A stretch of DNA of 64,000 nt. Origin: Thermoproteus sp. GTDB taxonomy: Archaea; Thermoproteota; Thermoprotei; Thermoproteales; Thermoproteaceae. Shown here piece by piece: positions 50,244 through 59,644 of this stretch. The first letter of the stretch is position 1; the number at the start of each line of letters is the position of its first letter. The notes under the pieces are model-generated. The model was not told the DNA's origin, did no database searches, and saw only the letters and a list, made by a program, of their open reading frames with translations. A program made the translations under genes and the position numbers. The DNA lies in the NCBI GenBank assembly GCA_049976425.1, contig JBMFIG010000001.1, forward strand, positions 96,001-160,000. Reading direction: 5' to 3'.

Positions 50244-51407
50244 ATGGCGTGGATTAAGCGGAACGTAGCTATACTCTACGGAGTTGGCTACAGTAAGGGG
50301 TTTATAAACGGGTTTCTAACGTGGTACCTATCCCTCAAGCTGTACGACTGGGGTCTCGCCGTCTTCGCCGTGGTGAGGCTCGCGGCGCAAGTGCTAGACT
50401 CCGCCGCCAATCTGGCGGGGGGCTACCTAGCCGATAGAATTGGGCGGAAGCCCACGTTGATAATTACAGACGTGGTGTACATCTCCTCAATCCTATGCCT
50501 CCTAAAGCCGGAGCTCCTCCCGCTGGCGGTGTTGCTGTTCTATACCGCAGACGGCCTCCCCACGTCGGCCTCCTTCGTCATGCGTATGGAATCCGTGCCC
50601 GAGAACTGGAGGGGGAAGATCATCTCAATAGGCCCCGCCCTCTCATACGCCTCGTACGCCGCCGGCTCCTTTGCCCTGGGGCTAATCGCCGCCTCCCACG
50701 GACATACGTGGGCTATCTACGTCATACTGGCGATATCAGCCGCGGGCCTCGCCGCCAGATTCCTCCTCATAGAGACCGCGAGGAGGGCCTCGACCTCCAC
50801 CTCCCTCAGCTACCTCAGGGAGTTGAAAACTGTATTCACCTCGCGTATATACGGCAGAGTACTCGCCGTGATGACGCTTCTCGGCATCTCCTTCGCAATC
50901 TCGCCCTTCATAGCACCCTTCCTAAAAGAGGTGGTGGGCATGTCGGAGCGCGAGATCGCCATGTTCTTTACACTCTACAACCTCGTGCCTATACCCATCT
51001 CGCTGGCGCTGGGCCACCTCGTGGATAAGTACAGAGAGTCGATCCCCCGGCTCATGGCGGCTCTGCTACTCGCCGACTTCCCCTTCATAGCCTTATTCGC
51101 GTTGTTCAGCCCAGCGGCGCCCATCTTCGCCTACGCCATGCTGGGAAGCGTCTCCCTGGCGTCTATATACAGAGCGGCGTTAAACATATACGTCTCCGAC
51201 GTCTTCAAAACCCACAGAGGTCTGCTAGTGGCCCTCAACGCGATCCTCATGGCGAACCTCCCCGGCGTTGCGATCCCCCTGGTAGCCGCGTTATGGGCCG
51301 TGCTAGGCCCCACGCTGGCTATTCTCCTAGTGGCGGCGGTCAGACTCGCCGCCGCGGCCGTACTGCTGGCCAGCTACGGGAAGAGATCCACCGGGCCGCC
51401 CACCTGA
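50244..51407 (+). CDS. MFS transporter
   Basis: Motif A GGYLADRIGRK, ESVPENWRG, GHLVDKY, about 12 TM segments. Confidence 0.88.
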   Translation: MAWIKRNVAILYGVGYSKGFINGFLTWYLSLKLYDWGLAVFAVVRLAAQVLDSAANLAGGYLADRIGRKPTLIITDVVYISSILCLLKPELLPLAVLLFYTADGLPTSASFVMRMESVPENWRGKIISIGPALSYASYAAGSFALGLIAASHGHTWAIYVILAISAAGLAARFLLIETARRASTSTSLSYLRELKTVFTSRIYGRVLAVMTLLGISFAISPFIAPFLKEVVGMSEREIAMFFTLYNLVPIPISLALGHLVDKYRESIPRLMAALLLADFPFIALFALFSPAAPIFAYAMLGSVSLASIYRAALNIYVSDVFKTHRGLLVALNAILMANLPGVAIPLVAALWAVLGPTLAILLVAAVRLAAAAVLLASYGKRSTGPPT

Positions 51408-51649
51408 GGAGCAACGTACACCAGTATGCGGAGGAATTACGGTGAAGACTACATGCGGCGTCCGGCACGTCTGAAGAGGAAAAAGGGGTAGCGCTTGGTG
51501 GATTACCAAAAGACAGTTGCCGCGTTGAAGGACTTGGGAATGGAGAGGTGGAGCAGAGAAGAAAGGCGGAGGCGCCTCGCCAGAGGCGCACCTGAGGCGT
51601 CGATGTGCCTAGAGCTCACATGCGCTACTCTGGGCATCCCCCAGAGAAA

Positions 51650-51870
51650 AACTTAAAAACACACAACCGGATGATTATCGATATATTTAAAATGAAAAAG
51701 ATTAATATTATTAAGAATTTTTAATTTCTTAAAAATATTTAAATGATATATTTATATATAAAATATAAAATTAAACGTGACCAATCGCTTTACTTTATTA
51801 AAGTTTTTAAATAGATAAATCGAGGAAAATTTCTCATTTAAGATAACCTTTTTAACTATAAATCGGATTT
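51650..51870. other. Extremely AT-rich intergenic tract
   Basis: 8 G/C in 51681-51780 by hand count. Confidence 0.8.
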
Positions 51871-51875
51871 ACTAT

Positions 51876-52289
51876 GTGAAAGCCCTTGAATTGGCCAGAA
51901 AAGTTGCTCTCCTTTCGTTCAAGGATAGACTGCGCGACGCCGCCGCGGCTGTGCTTCGGGACGGCATCTGCGCCGCCGTTGTCGACGGCGACCACATCAT
52001 AGGTCTGTTAACCGAGAGCGATATCGTCGAGGCGGTTGCCCGCGGCGTCTCCGCCGACGCGCCCGTCGTTGAGGCTGTAGACAAGCCGCCTTTGTTTGTC
52101 GAGGGCCATGAGCCTTTGTGGAGAGTCGCCGAGGCCATGATGGCGGCCGGGACGGCGGTGGCGGCCGTGACTGTCGGCGGCAGGTTCGTCGGCGTTATCT
52201 CGGCCATGGATATGGCCGACGCCGAGGGCCAGCTGGCGGAGGCCGCGCGGTTCTCGGAGCTGGTGGGCTCGTTCGCCCCGCCTGCCTAG
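51876..52289 (+). CDS. CBS-pair protein
   Basis: GLLTESDIV, GVISAMD. Confidence 0.8.
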   Translation: MKALELARKVALLSFKDRLRDAAAAVLRDGICAAVVDGDHIIGLLTESDIVEAVARGVSADAPVVEAVDKPPLFVEGHEPLWRVAEAMMAAGTAVAAVTVGGRFVGVISAMDMADAEGQLAEAARFSELVGSFAPPA

Positions 52290-52323
52290 CGGAATTCTTA
52301 AAACTCCTTTTTTCGCCCCCCTT

Positions 52324-52509
52324 ATGCTCAAGCTTGACAAGATAATAGCGTTGGCGATATCGCTGTTCCTTGCGCTGGCCTTTACGTGGATAGCGCTCGT
52401 GTCGCGCGACTTCGTGTTGCTCGCCTTGGCGTGGTTCGTCGTCTTGCTGGTCGCGGGCCTCGGCGTCTTCGAGGAGAGGACTGAGGGCGGCGAGGAGGGC
52501 GCTACCTGA
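52324..52509 (+). CDS. Small 2-TM membrane protein
   Basis: Hydrophobic 61-aa ORF with TATA CTTAAAA upstream. Confidence 0.6.
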   Translation: MLKLDKIIALAISLFLALAFTWIALVSRDFVLLALAWFVVLLVAGLGVFEERTEGGEEGAT

Positions 52510-52951
52510 ACACCTCGAGGAAGGTGGGCCTCAACGCGTTGACCAAGTCGGCAGTCCTTACCCTTATTAGCCTATTCACGGCGCCTCCGCCGGCGAGCAC
52601 GTACTCGTGCTCTAGTATGCCGGGGTCCGCCACGACCCTAAGCGCCTTAACCCTCTCGCTGAGGGGGGTCACCGCGCCTGGCTCGACCCCCAACACCTCC
52701 CTCACCTCTCTGGCCTTGGCCATGGCTGCCGGCGCCCCCAAAGCTCTGGAGAGGGCCTCCATGTCCACCCTCACGTTGCCTCTCGCCAGCACGACGACGT
52801 AATCCCCGCCGGCCTTAACCAACAGCGTCTTCACTATGGCGTCGGGAGGAGCCCCGCTGGCCTTGGAGGCCCTCTCGACAGTCTCTACGCCTTCGTCGAA
52901 CTCCAAGACCTCCACCTCGACCCCCAAGAGTTGCGCCTTGTAGCTCCTCAT
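52502..52951 (-). CDS. YbaK/EbsC aminoacyl-tRNA editing domain protein
   Basis: IVKTLL, GVEPGAVTP, AGGG. Confidence 0.88.
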   Translation of the reverse strand: MRSYKAQLLGVEVEVLEFDEGVETVERASKASGAPPDAIVKTLLVKAGGDYVVVLARGNVRVDMEALSRALGAPAAMAKAREVREVLGVEPGAVTPLSERVKALRVVADPGILEHEYVLAGGGAVNRLIRVRTADLVNALRPTFLEVFR

Positions 52952-54684
52952 ACGGTCACGGCCTTGACCAATCCCGGCGGGGTGTCTATGGGCGCGCCGA
53001 CCTTGACGCCTGCCCTATACGCCAGGAGCTGTAGGGAGACCGCGTACGATATGGGCGCCAGCTCTCTGTCCGCCTCAACGGCCGGCATATCGCCGCCGGG
53101 GCCCACCGTCAAGACGTCGGCCCCCCTCTCCGACGCCATCTTCAACGCCTTGTTGTAGAGGTCGGCGGCCGATTTGTCCGTGGGCCTCAACACAGCGACG
53201 AGGAGCCCCCGCGACGCCAGGGCGAGGGGGCCGTGCAGGAGCTCCCCCAGCTGGATCCCCTCGGCGTGGAGCAAGGCGGCTTCCTTGAGCTTCAACGCGC
53301 CTTCGAGGGCCACGGGGTACACTATGCCGCTGCCGGCCACGTATATCGCCCCGCGCGCGGCCAGCCTATCCGCCAGACCCTCGGCGGCCTTGTCGAGGCT
53401 CTGCATAGAGCCCGCCAGAGCTCTGGCGAGGCCGTCGATCCTTTCGGCGAGCGCCTTTAGGTCGGCCTGGCTCCTCTTGCCCGTGTGGAGGCCTACGTAG
53501 TAGGCCAATATCAGCAGAGTCTCGAGGGTAGACGTGAAGGTCTTCGTGGCGGGCACCGCCATCTCGGGCCCCGCCGTTATGGGCAGATAGACGTTCGACT
53601 CTATGGCGAGTCTGGAGCTGACGGAGTTCGTGACGCCGATTATCACAGCGCCTTGACGCCTCGCCGCCCTTATGCTCCTTATGACGTCGGACGTCTCGCC
53701 GCTTTGGCTTATGGCCACTATCACCGTGCCGGTGCCGACGTTCTCCAAGGCGTAGTGGGGAAACTCGGCGGCGCTGATCACGTCGACCGGCGTCCCCACA
53801 TCGGCGAAGTAGTACGAGGAGACCATCCCCGCGTGGAGGCTCGTCCCGTTGCCTATGACGTAGACGTTCTTGGCGCCCTGGATTATCATGGAGGCCAGCC
53901 TCAGGTACTTCTCCATAAGCGCAGCCTTGGTCCTCAGAAGGGCCTCAGGCACTTCGTATATCTCCTTGAGCATGAAGTGGGGGAAGCCGGCCTTCTCGGC
54001 GTATAGGAGCTCCTTCACCCTCTTCCTCTCGGGTTGCTGGCCCTCCTCCGCGGGCCGCACCTTGAAGCCGCCGGGCTCCAGCTCCACGTAGGCGCCTTCC
54101 GGCAACAGGTAGGCCTCCTCGGCGAATCCGTAGAGGCTGGCTATATCGCTGGATATATAGGAGCAGTTGCCCGCGACGGCGACGACCAGCGGCTGGCCGC
54201 GTTGCACCGCGAAGAGCCTCCCGTCGGCCGTGAGGGCGGCGAAGGAGAACATGCCGGGGAGGCGCTCGGCCAACGCCGTCGGGTCCGCCCCCTCGAGCAG
54301 ATGGGCCACGACCTCGGCGTCTGTGGTCGACGTGAATTTATGTCCGGCGGCCGCCAGCTCGTCCCTCAACGCCTCGTAGCCGTCTATCACCCCGTCCACC
54401 ACCACCGCTATCCTCCGCCCGCAGTCCAGGAGAGGGTGAGTGTTCTCCAGAGTGACTCTGCCCCTCGACGCGTAGCGGGTGTGGCCGAGCGCCACAGCGA
54501 CATACACGTCGGGGAGCTCCAGCCCGTCCACGTGGCCCGGGCGCTTCACGACCTTCAGAACGCCCCCCTCGAGGTAGGCCACGCCGCTTCCGTCGTAGCC
54601 TCTGTAGACGAGCCTCTTCAGACCGGTCTTGATATCCCTCAAGCTCCTCGGCTCCTTGCAGTAGAAGCCGAATATGCCGCCCAC
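52948..54684 (-). CDS. glmS: Glutamine:fructose-6-P amidotransferase homologue lacking Cys1
   Basis: YRGYDGSG, GHTRYA, SQSGET, ATKTF, EGALKLKE, LVKAVTV; N-terminus MGGIFG. Confidence 0.85.
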   Translation of the reverse strand: MGGIFGFYCKEPRSLRDIKTGLKRLVYRGYDGSGVAYLEGGVLKVVKRPGHVDGLELPDVYVAVALGHTRYASRGRVTLENTHPLLDCGRRIAVVVDGVIDGYEALRDELAAAGHKFTSTTDAEVVAHLLEGADPTALAERLPGMFSFAALTADGRLFAVQRGQPLVVAVAGNCSYISSDIASLYGFAEEAYLLPEGAYVELEPGGFKVRPAEEGQQPERKRVKELLYAEKAGFPHFMLKEIYEVPEALLRTKAALMEKYLRLASMIIQGAKNVYVIGNGTSLHAGMVSSYYFADVGTPVDVISAAEFPHYALENVGTGTVIVAISQSGETSDVIRSIRAARRQGAVIIGVTNSVSSRLAIESNVYLPITAGPEMAVPATKTFTSTLETLLILAYYVGLHTGKRSQADLKALAERIDGLARALAGSMQSLDKAAEGLADRLAARGAIYVAGSGIVYPVALEGALKLKEAALLHAEGIQLGELLHGPLALASRGLLVAVLRPTDKSAADLYNKALKMASERGADVLTVGPGGDMPAVEADRELAPISYAVSLQLLAYRAGVKVGAPIDTPPGLVKAVTV

Positions 54685-54759
54685 ATACGCCCCAAGCCGC
54701 CTCTTAAAAAACATTATCTGTATACAAAAAGGCTTAAATAACTTTTTATAGAGAGATCT

Positions 54760-55680
54760 ATGCTTATTATAGGCGTGGACGCCGGCGGCACGAAGACCGA
54801 GGCGGTCCTGTTGAGAGAGGACGGCGCCGTCTCCTTCGCCTACGCAGGTCCCTCGAACCCCGCCTCGGTGGGCTTCGAGACGGCGTGCCGCAACATAGGG
54901 AAGGCCGTCGAAGGCTTGGGAGCCGTAAAGCCCGACGCGGTGGGGCTGGGCATAGCGGGCCTCGTCGACGAGAGGCTCGCCGGCTCTTTCAGGAAGTGCC
55001 TAGGGCTGGAGGACGCTGTGTTCGTCGAGGACGTGGAGGCGGCCCACGTGTCGGCGTTCCTCTTCGGCGACGGCGTGGTCGGGATCTTGGGGACGGGCAG
55101 TAGCTTCCTCGGCGTCAAGGGCGGGGCCAAGGTCAGGGTAGGGGGATGGGGACATCTGCTCGGCGACGAGGGAGGCGCCTACTATCTGGGCAGAGAGGCC
55201 GTGAGGAAGGCGTTGAGGGAGATCGAGGGGCTGGACAGCCCCAGTTGCTTCGCCGAGGACGTCCTCAGGCACTACGGGGTCAAGAACACGGGCGAGCTTC
55301 TGTACGTTATATATTCGTCGGAGAACCCGCGGGGGAGGATAGCGGAGTACGCGCCGAGGGTGTTCGCCTTGGCCGAGACCTGCGCCGAGGCCCGGGAGCT
55401 GTTGAGGCGGGCCGCGGCCCACGTGGCCGAGTACATAGCGGCGGCCCTCCGCGCCCTCGGCCCCCTCCCCGTGGCGCTCACGGGCTCCGTATACCTCAAC
55501 AACGAGGCGTCGCTGAGGCCCCTCATAGAGGACGCCCTGGAGTCGTTGGGGCACCGCGTGGAGATAAGAGGCCCGGCCGTGAGGCAGAGCTGCGCCGCCG
55601 CGTTGTTGGCGGCGAGGGCTAAGGGCTTGTTGAGCAAGCGTCTCGTGGAGGCCGCCGCGGCGACGTGTCGTTTTAAATAG
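54760..55680 (+). CDS. BadF/BadG/BcrA/BcrD-type sugar kinase (GlcNAc kinase / hexokinase-like)
   Basis: GVDAGGTKT, GIAG, GTGS, GGWGHLLGDEGG. Confidence 0.88.
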   Translation: MLIIGVDAGGTKTEAVLLREDGAVSFAYAGPSNPASVGFETACRNIGKAVEGLGAVKPDAVGLGIAGLVDERLAGSFRKCLGLEDAVFVEDVEAAHVSAFLFGDGVVGILGTGSSFLGVKGGAKVRVGGWGHLLGDEGGAYYLGREAVRKALREIEGLDSPSCFAEDVLRHYGVKNTGELLYVIYSSENPRGRIAEYAPRVFALAETCAEARELLRRAAAHVAEYIAAALRALGPLPVALTGSVYLNNEASLRPLIEDALESLGHRVEIRGPAVRQSCAAALLAARAKGLLSKRLVEAAAATCRFK

Positions 55681-55697
55681 GGAGCTCCGGAGCCTCC

Positions 55698-56411
55698 ATG
55701 CTGGTCGACTGCCACTGCCACTGCCACGAGTTCGGCGACGAGGAGCTGGCCAAGTTCGCCGGGATTAAGCTCGTCGCTGTGTCCGACGACGTGAGGAGCT
55801 CCGAGAGGACTCTGGAGCTGGCGAGGAGGTTCGGCGTCGTGCCATGTCTGGGGATCCACCCCTGGAACGTCGGCAAGGCGAAGCCCGAGGACCTCTCGGA
55901 GGCGTTGCGGCTGATAGAGAGGAGCGAGGCGCCGTGTATAGGCGAGGTGGGCCTCGACAGGAGGTTCGTGCCCGAGACCTACGACAAACAGAGGGAGTTC
56001 TTCTCCGAGTTCCTCCGCCTGGCCAGAGAGTACGACCTGGTCGTGAACGTCCACGCGCCCGACGCCTGGGCCGACGCCGTCGAGGCGTTGAGGAAAGCCG
56101 ACGTCGACAGAGCCCTCATCCACTGGTACACAGGTCCTCTGAACCTCCTGGAGGAGATAGCCCAGTACGGCTTCTACATCTCGATAAATCCGGCAGTCAA
56201 GATACAGAAAAAACACAGAGACGTCGCCGAGGCGGCGAAGCCCGACATGGTAGTCCTCGAGAGCGACGGGCCCTACGAGTACAGAGGGCTGAGGCTGGAG
56301 CCCCCCATGGTTAGGGAAACCCTCAAGACCCTCGCCGAGATATGGAGGACGACGCCGGAGGAGGCCGAGGAGAAGCTCTACCTAAACGCGGCTAGGCTCT
56401 TCAAGCTGTGA
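55698..56411 (+). CDS. tatD: TatD-family nuclease
   Basis: DCHCH, GIHPW, IGEVGLD, VH, HW, ESDGPY. Confidence 0.92.
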   Translation: MLVDCHCHCHEFGDEELAKFAGIKLVAVSDDVRSSERTLELARRFGVVPCLGIHPWNVGKAKPEDLSEALRLIERSEAPCIGEVGLDRRFVPETYDKQREFFSEFLRLAREYDLVVNVHAPDAWADAVEALRKADVDRALIHWYTGPLNLLEEIAQYGFYISINPAVKIQKKHRDVAEAAKPDMVVLESDGPYEYRGLRLEPPMVRETLKTLAEIWRTTPEEAEEKLYLNAARLFKL

Positions 56412-56552
56412 GAGCCGGCAGATAGGCGTCCGCACCTCTCGGGCTCGCCCTCGCCAGTCACCCAGTCCTCGCACCTATGGCCGAGGAGCTTTAAAAACCG
56501 CGCGCCGCGGTCCGCGGCGTGTAGGTATATAGCCGTGGGCGTGGCATAATGC

Positions 56553-57638
56553 GTGCCTATATACTCCTGGCCCCGGCCTACGTACAGGCCAAGCGCGGAA
56601 TTGTTGAGGTTGCCTAACGTGAGGCCGTCGCCCTACCAGATCCCGGCGGGCGGCGCCGCCATCTGCACGTTGTGCCACAGGAAGTGCAGGCTGGAGCCGG
56701 GAGCCGTCGGGGCCTGCGGCGTTAGGTTCAACTTAGGCGGGAGGCTGTACACTGCCGTCTACGGCCTCCTCACGGCGGCTGAGTCGAGGCCCGTGGAGAT
56801 AAAGCCCCTCTTCCACTTCTACCCCGGCACCTCGGCCATGACAATAAGCACGTGGGGCTGTAACTTCCCCTGCGCCTGGTGCCAGAATTGGCAGCTCAGC
56901 AAAGCCGCGAGCCTCACGGGGATCTACGCGCCGCCCGAGAGAGTCGTGGAGTGGGCCTTGGAGAACGGCGACTCCGGCGTCAACGTGAGCTTCAACGAGC
57001 CGACGCTCCTCGCCGAATACGCGGAGGACCTCTTCAGGCTGGCGCGCGCCAGAGGCCTGCACGCGTCTATAAACACCAACGGATACCTCTCGGAGGAGGC
57101 CGTCGAGAGGCTGGCAAAGGCCGGGATGGAGGCCATGAACGTTGACATAAAAGGCGGCCGGAGCACCTACAGGAGGTGGCTAGCCGCTGAGCTGGACAAG
57201 GTGCTGGCGACCTCGCGCCTCGCCAAGAACCTCGGCGTTCATCTGGAGTTCACCTACCTGGTGATACCCGGCGTAAACGACGGCGACGCCGAGGAGGTGA
57301 TAGACGCGGTCGCCTCGTTCGGCAGAGATACGCCCCTGCACGTGACGGCGTACTACCCGGCGCATAGGCTGAACAACCCTCCGACCCCGCCGGAGGTGGT
57401 GGAGGAGATATGGCGTAGAGCCCGGCGGGAGCTCGACTACGTATACGTGGGCAATCTGCCGGGCCATCCAGGGCAACACACGTACTGCCCCAACTGCGGA
57501 TATCCGGTCATCAAACGCGCCGGCGATAGGGCCGTCAGAATAGAGCTGAAAGATGGGAAGTGCCCCAGATGCGGCCGCGAGATACCCATCCGCGGTAGGC
57601 CGGGGCGATACGGCAGGCTATATAGAGCATACATATGA
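56553..57638 (+). CDS. AmmeMemoRadiSam-type (PflA-like) radical SAM enzyme
   Basis: CTLCHRKC, EIKPLFHFYPG, GCNFPCAWCQNWQLS, NEP, YVYVGN, TYCPNCG. Confidence 0.88.
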   Translation: MPIYSWPRPTYRPSAELLRLPNVRPSPYQIPAGGAAICTLCHRKCRLEPGAVGACGVRFNLGGRLYTAVYGLLTAAESRPVEIKPLFHFYPGTSAMTISTWGCNFPCAWCQNWQLSKAASLTGIYAPPERVVEWALENGDSGVNVSFNEPTLLAEYAEDLFRLARARGLHASINTNGYLSEEAVERLAKAGMEAMNVDIKGGRSTYRRWLAAELDKVLATSRLAKNLGVHLEFTYLVIPGVNDGDAEEVIDAVASFGRDTPLHVTAYYPAHRLNNPPTPPEVVEEIWRRARRELDYVYVGNLPGHPGQHTYCPNCGYPVIKRAGDRAVRIELKDGKCPRCGREIPIRGRPGRYGRLYRAYI

Positions 57639-57743
57639 ATCAGCCACGCGCCTATCAAGGCTAGCACATCCTGACGCAAGGATCGTATATTCTACTCTGT
57701 TGGCCGGCCGCGATGGTTTTTTAGGTGTCTGCCCTTCTCGTAC

Positions 57744-59522
57744 GTGGCCGGCCTTGTCGGTGTGGCCAAGGCGTTGGCCGCGTCGGCTGTCTTGGTCCTC
57801 CTCGCGGCGTTGGCTGTCTTGTCGGGCTCGGCGGCGCCGGGGATCTCCGTGGCGACTTGCCTAGACGGAAGCCCCGTCCCAGCCTTCGTCCAAGCCTTCG
57901 CGGCTCTGCCGCCAGGCCACCGCAGAGCTCTCGTCGAGATATGGAACAGCACGGCGAAATACGGCACAGCCAAGATACCGCTCGCCGCCCTCGCAGACAT
58001 AGCAAGAGAATGGGCTGAGAAAGGATACGGCCAAAACGGAGTAGGCCTAGAAATAATCGCGACTTATGTTAACGGAAATAAGACATATTATGAAATGTTA
58101 TTTATCACATATAAGCCTAAAGATCTGATAGATACGCTGGAGAATCCGTTGCTGGCCGCCTCGAGGCTGAACTACGCTACGGTGAGACTAGATCTCGAGA
58201 TCAGTGCGCCTATAACGAGCGGCGCGGCGCATCCACGGCCGGCGTCCACTGCTACGAATGCCCAAGCGCCAACTCCCCCGGCGCCGCCCGGCTGTTGGTG
58301 GGAGCTGATCGGCTCCTCGCAGACGCAACAGACGCAGATACCCATAACTTGGATATTCGATACATCTAGCCTGAGCGGAGTCCTAGGCGCCTACATCCAA
58401 CAGACGACCTCTTCGGCGGCGATAGGCTTCCTGGCCTCCGCCGGCTTCAAATCCGGGGCTTCGGCGACTGTCAACTACCGCTTTATAGGCGCCTCGGCGC
58501 AGATAGGCGGGGCCTATCTTGAGGCGGCCTCAGTGGGACCTGCCTACGGCAACGACGGCGCCTATATATACCAGATAGGCACCATCGGGCTCGCCGAGTT
58601 TCAGCTCTACTGCGGGACCTACGACAGACCGCAGCCGCAGGATCAATACGCATACCAGGCGTTCATAGACGCCGTAGCCGGCAATCTGTACGTCTCGTAC
58701 GACTTGAGCTATATATCAAGTATATTGGCTCAATATAACTACACAGGCTCGTCGATCTTGTACGTGCCGTTTGACGAGGCGTATGCGTCCGGTGGCGGAC
58801 CCGGCTACGGATATCCGTTCTTGCCCATACAGTCCTACGACCAACCCTTCGGATTGATCGGGACGATACCTGTAGGCGCTATAGCGGCGAGGCTCATCGG
58901 GGTGCCAGAAGGCTGGCCTGCCTACCTTCTGCTCAACCTGGTTGCGGGAGTGCAAGCGTCGAGCACGCAAGTGAGCATAATAGAGCTGGGGCTCAGCTCC
59001 TCAACGCCGGCGTATGCTGACGTGTTCGCGGCCGCAGTCCCGGCGGCGTATGCCGGCTCCTCGGGCTATTCTTACTTCCCTTATATACTGGGCTTCAACA
59101 TAACGCCGCCCGGGCACTACTACTCGCCCACGTCCATATACCTAGATGGGCCGGGAAGCGTCTACGGCTGTACCGCGGGCGGAAGTAACGGCTACTACAC
59201 CTACACCGCCTACGTCCAGATAGGCAACACGCCTCTGCTTGTGCCCGGAGGGACCGTCTACGCATACCTCTACGGCCCAGACGGAAAATTAGTCTGGAGC
59301 GGACAAGTGACTCTGCCCAGTAGCGACTACGGAGTAGTTAACAGCACCCCGACGCACCAGCCCGCCGTCATAGATATCCCGAGCTACGTCTTCAGCTACA
59401 GCCCGTTCGGCACGTCCTACACCCTATACGTATACTACGGAGGCTACACGACGCCCTACGGAACGATAACCTACAGCTCATCGTCTGCTCAAATAACTAT
59501 ATACGCCGTGTATAGGTGTTAA
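57744..59522 (+). CDS. Large secreted hypothetical protein (Tyr/Ser/Gly/Thr-rich)
   Basis: Signal peptide, Pro-rich linker, no C-terminal TM. Confidence 0.7.
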   Translation: MAGLVGVAKALAASAVLVLLAALAVLSGSAAPGISVATCLDGSPVPAFVQAFAALPPGHRRALVEIWNSTAKYGTAKIPLAALADIAREWAEKGYGQNGVGLEIIATYVNGNKTYYEMLFITYKPKDLIDTLENPLLAASRLNYATVRLDLEISAPITSGAAHPRPASTATNAQAPTPPAPPGCWWELIGSSQTQQTQIPITWIFDTSSLSGVLGAYIQQTTSSAAIGFLASAGFKSGASATVNYRFIGASAQIGGAYLEAASVGPAYGNDGAYIYQIGTIGLAEFQLYCGTYDRPQPQDQYAYQAFIDAVAGNLYVSYDLSYISSILAQYNYTGSSILYVPFDEAYASGGGPGYGYPFLPIQSYDQPFGLIGTIPVGAIAARLIGVPEGWPAYLLLNLVAGVQASSTQVSIIELGLSSSTPAYADVFAAAVPAAYAGSSGYSYFPYILGFNITPPGHYYSPTSIYLDGPGSVYGCTAGGSNGYYTYTAYVQIGNTPLLVPGGTVYAYLYGPDGKLVWSGQVTLPSSDYGVVNSTPTHQPAVIDIPSYVFSYSPFGTSYTLYVYYGGYTTPYGTITYSSSSAQITIYAVYRC

Positions 59523-59644
59523 AATCGTATATTTGTAAATCCCCCACTGTTTGGTAAATTCGTCTACAGCTCGGAAGGGACTGGGTCCTTTACGTCGGCG
59601 GCTTCCGGACTGAAACCGTAATATTTAGGAGTCGAGTCCGTCCT

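Noticed and set aside
59596-59606. 11-bp match (CGGCGGCTTCC) to the tRNA-Cys 3' end at 49085-49095 as a possible att site
   Set aside because: Short, GC-rich, no integrase, and the enclosed 10 kb holds housekeeping-type genes
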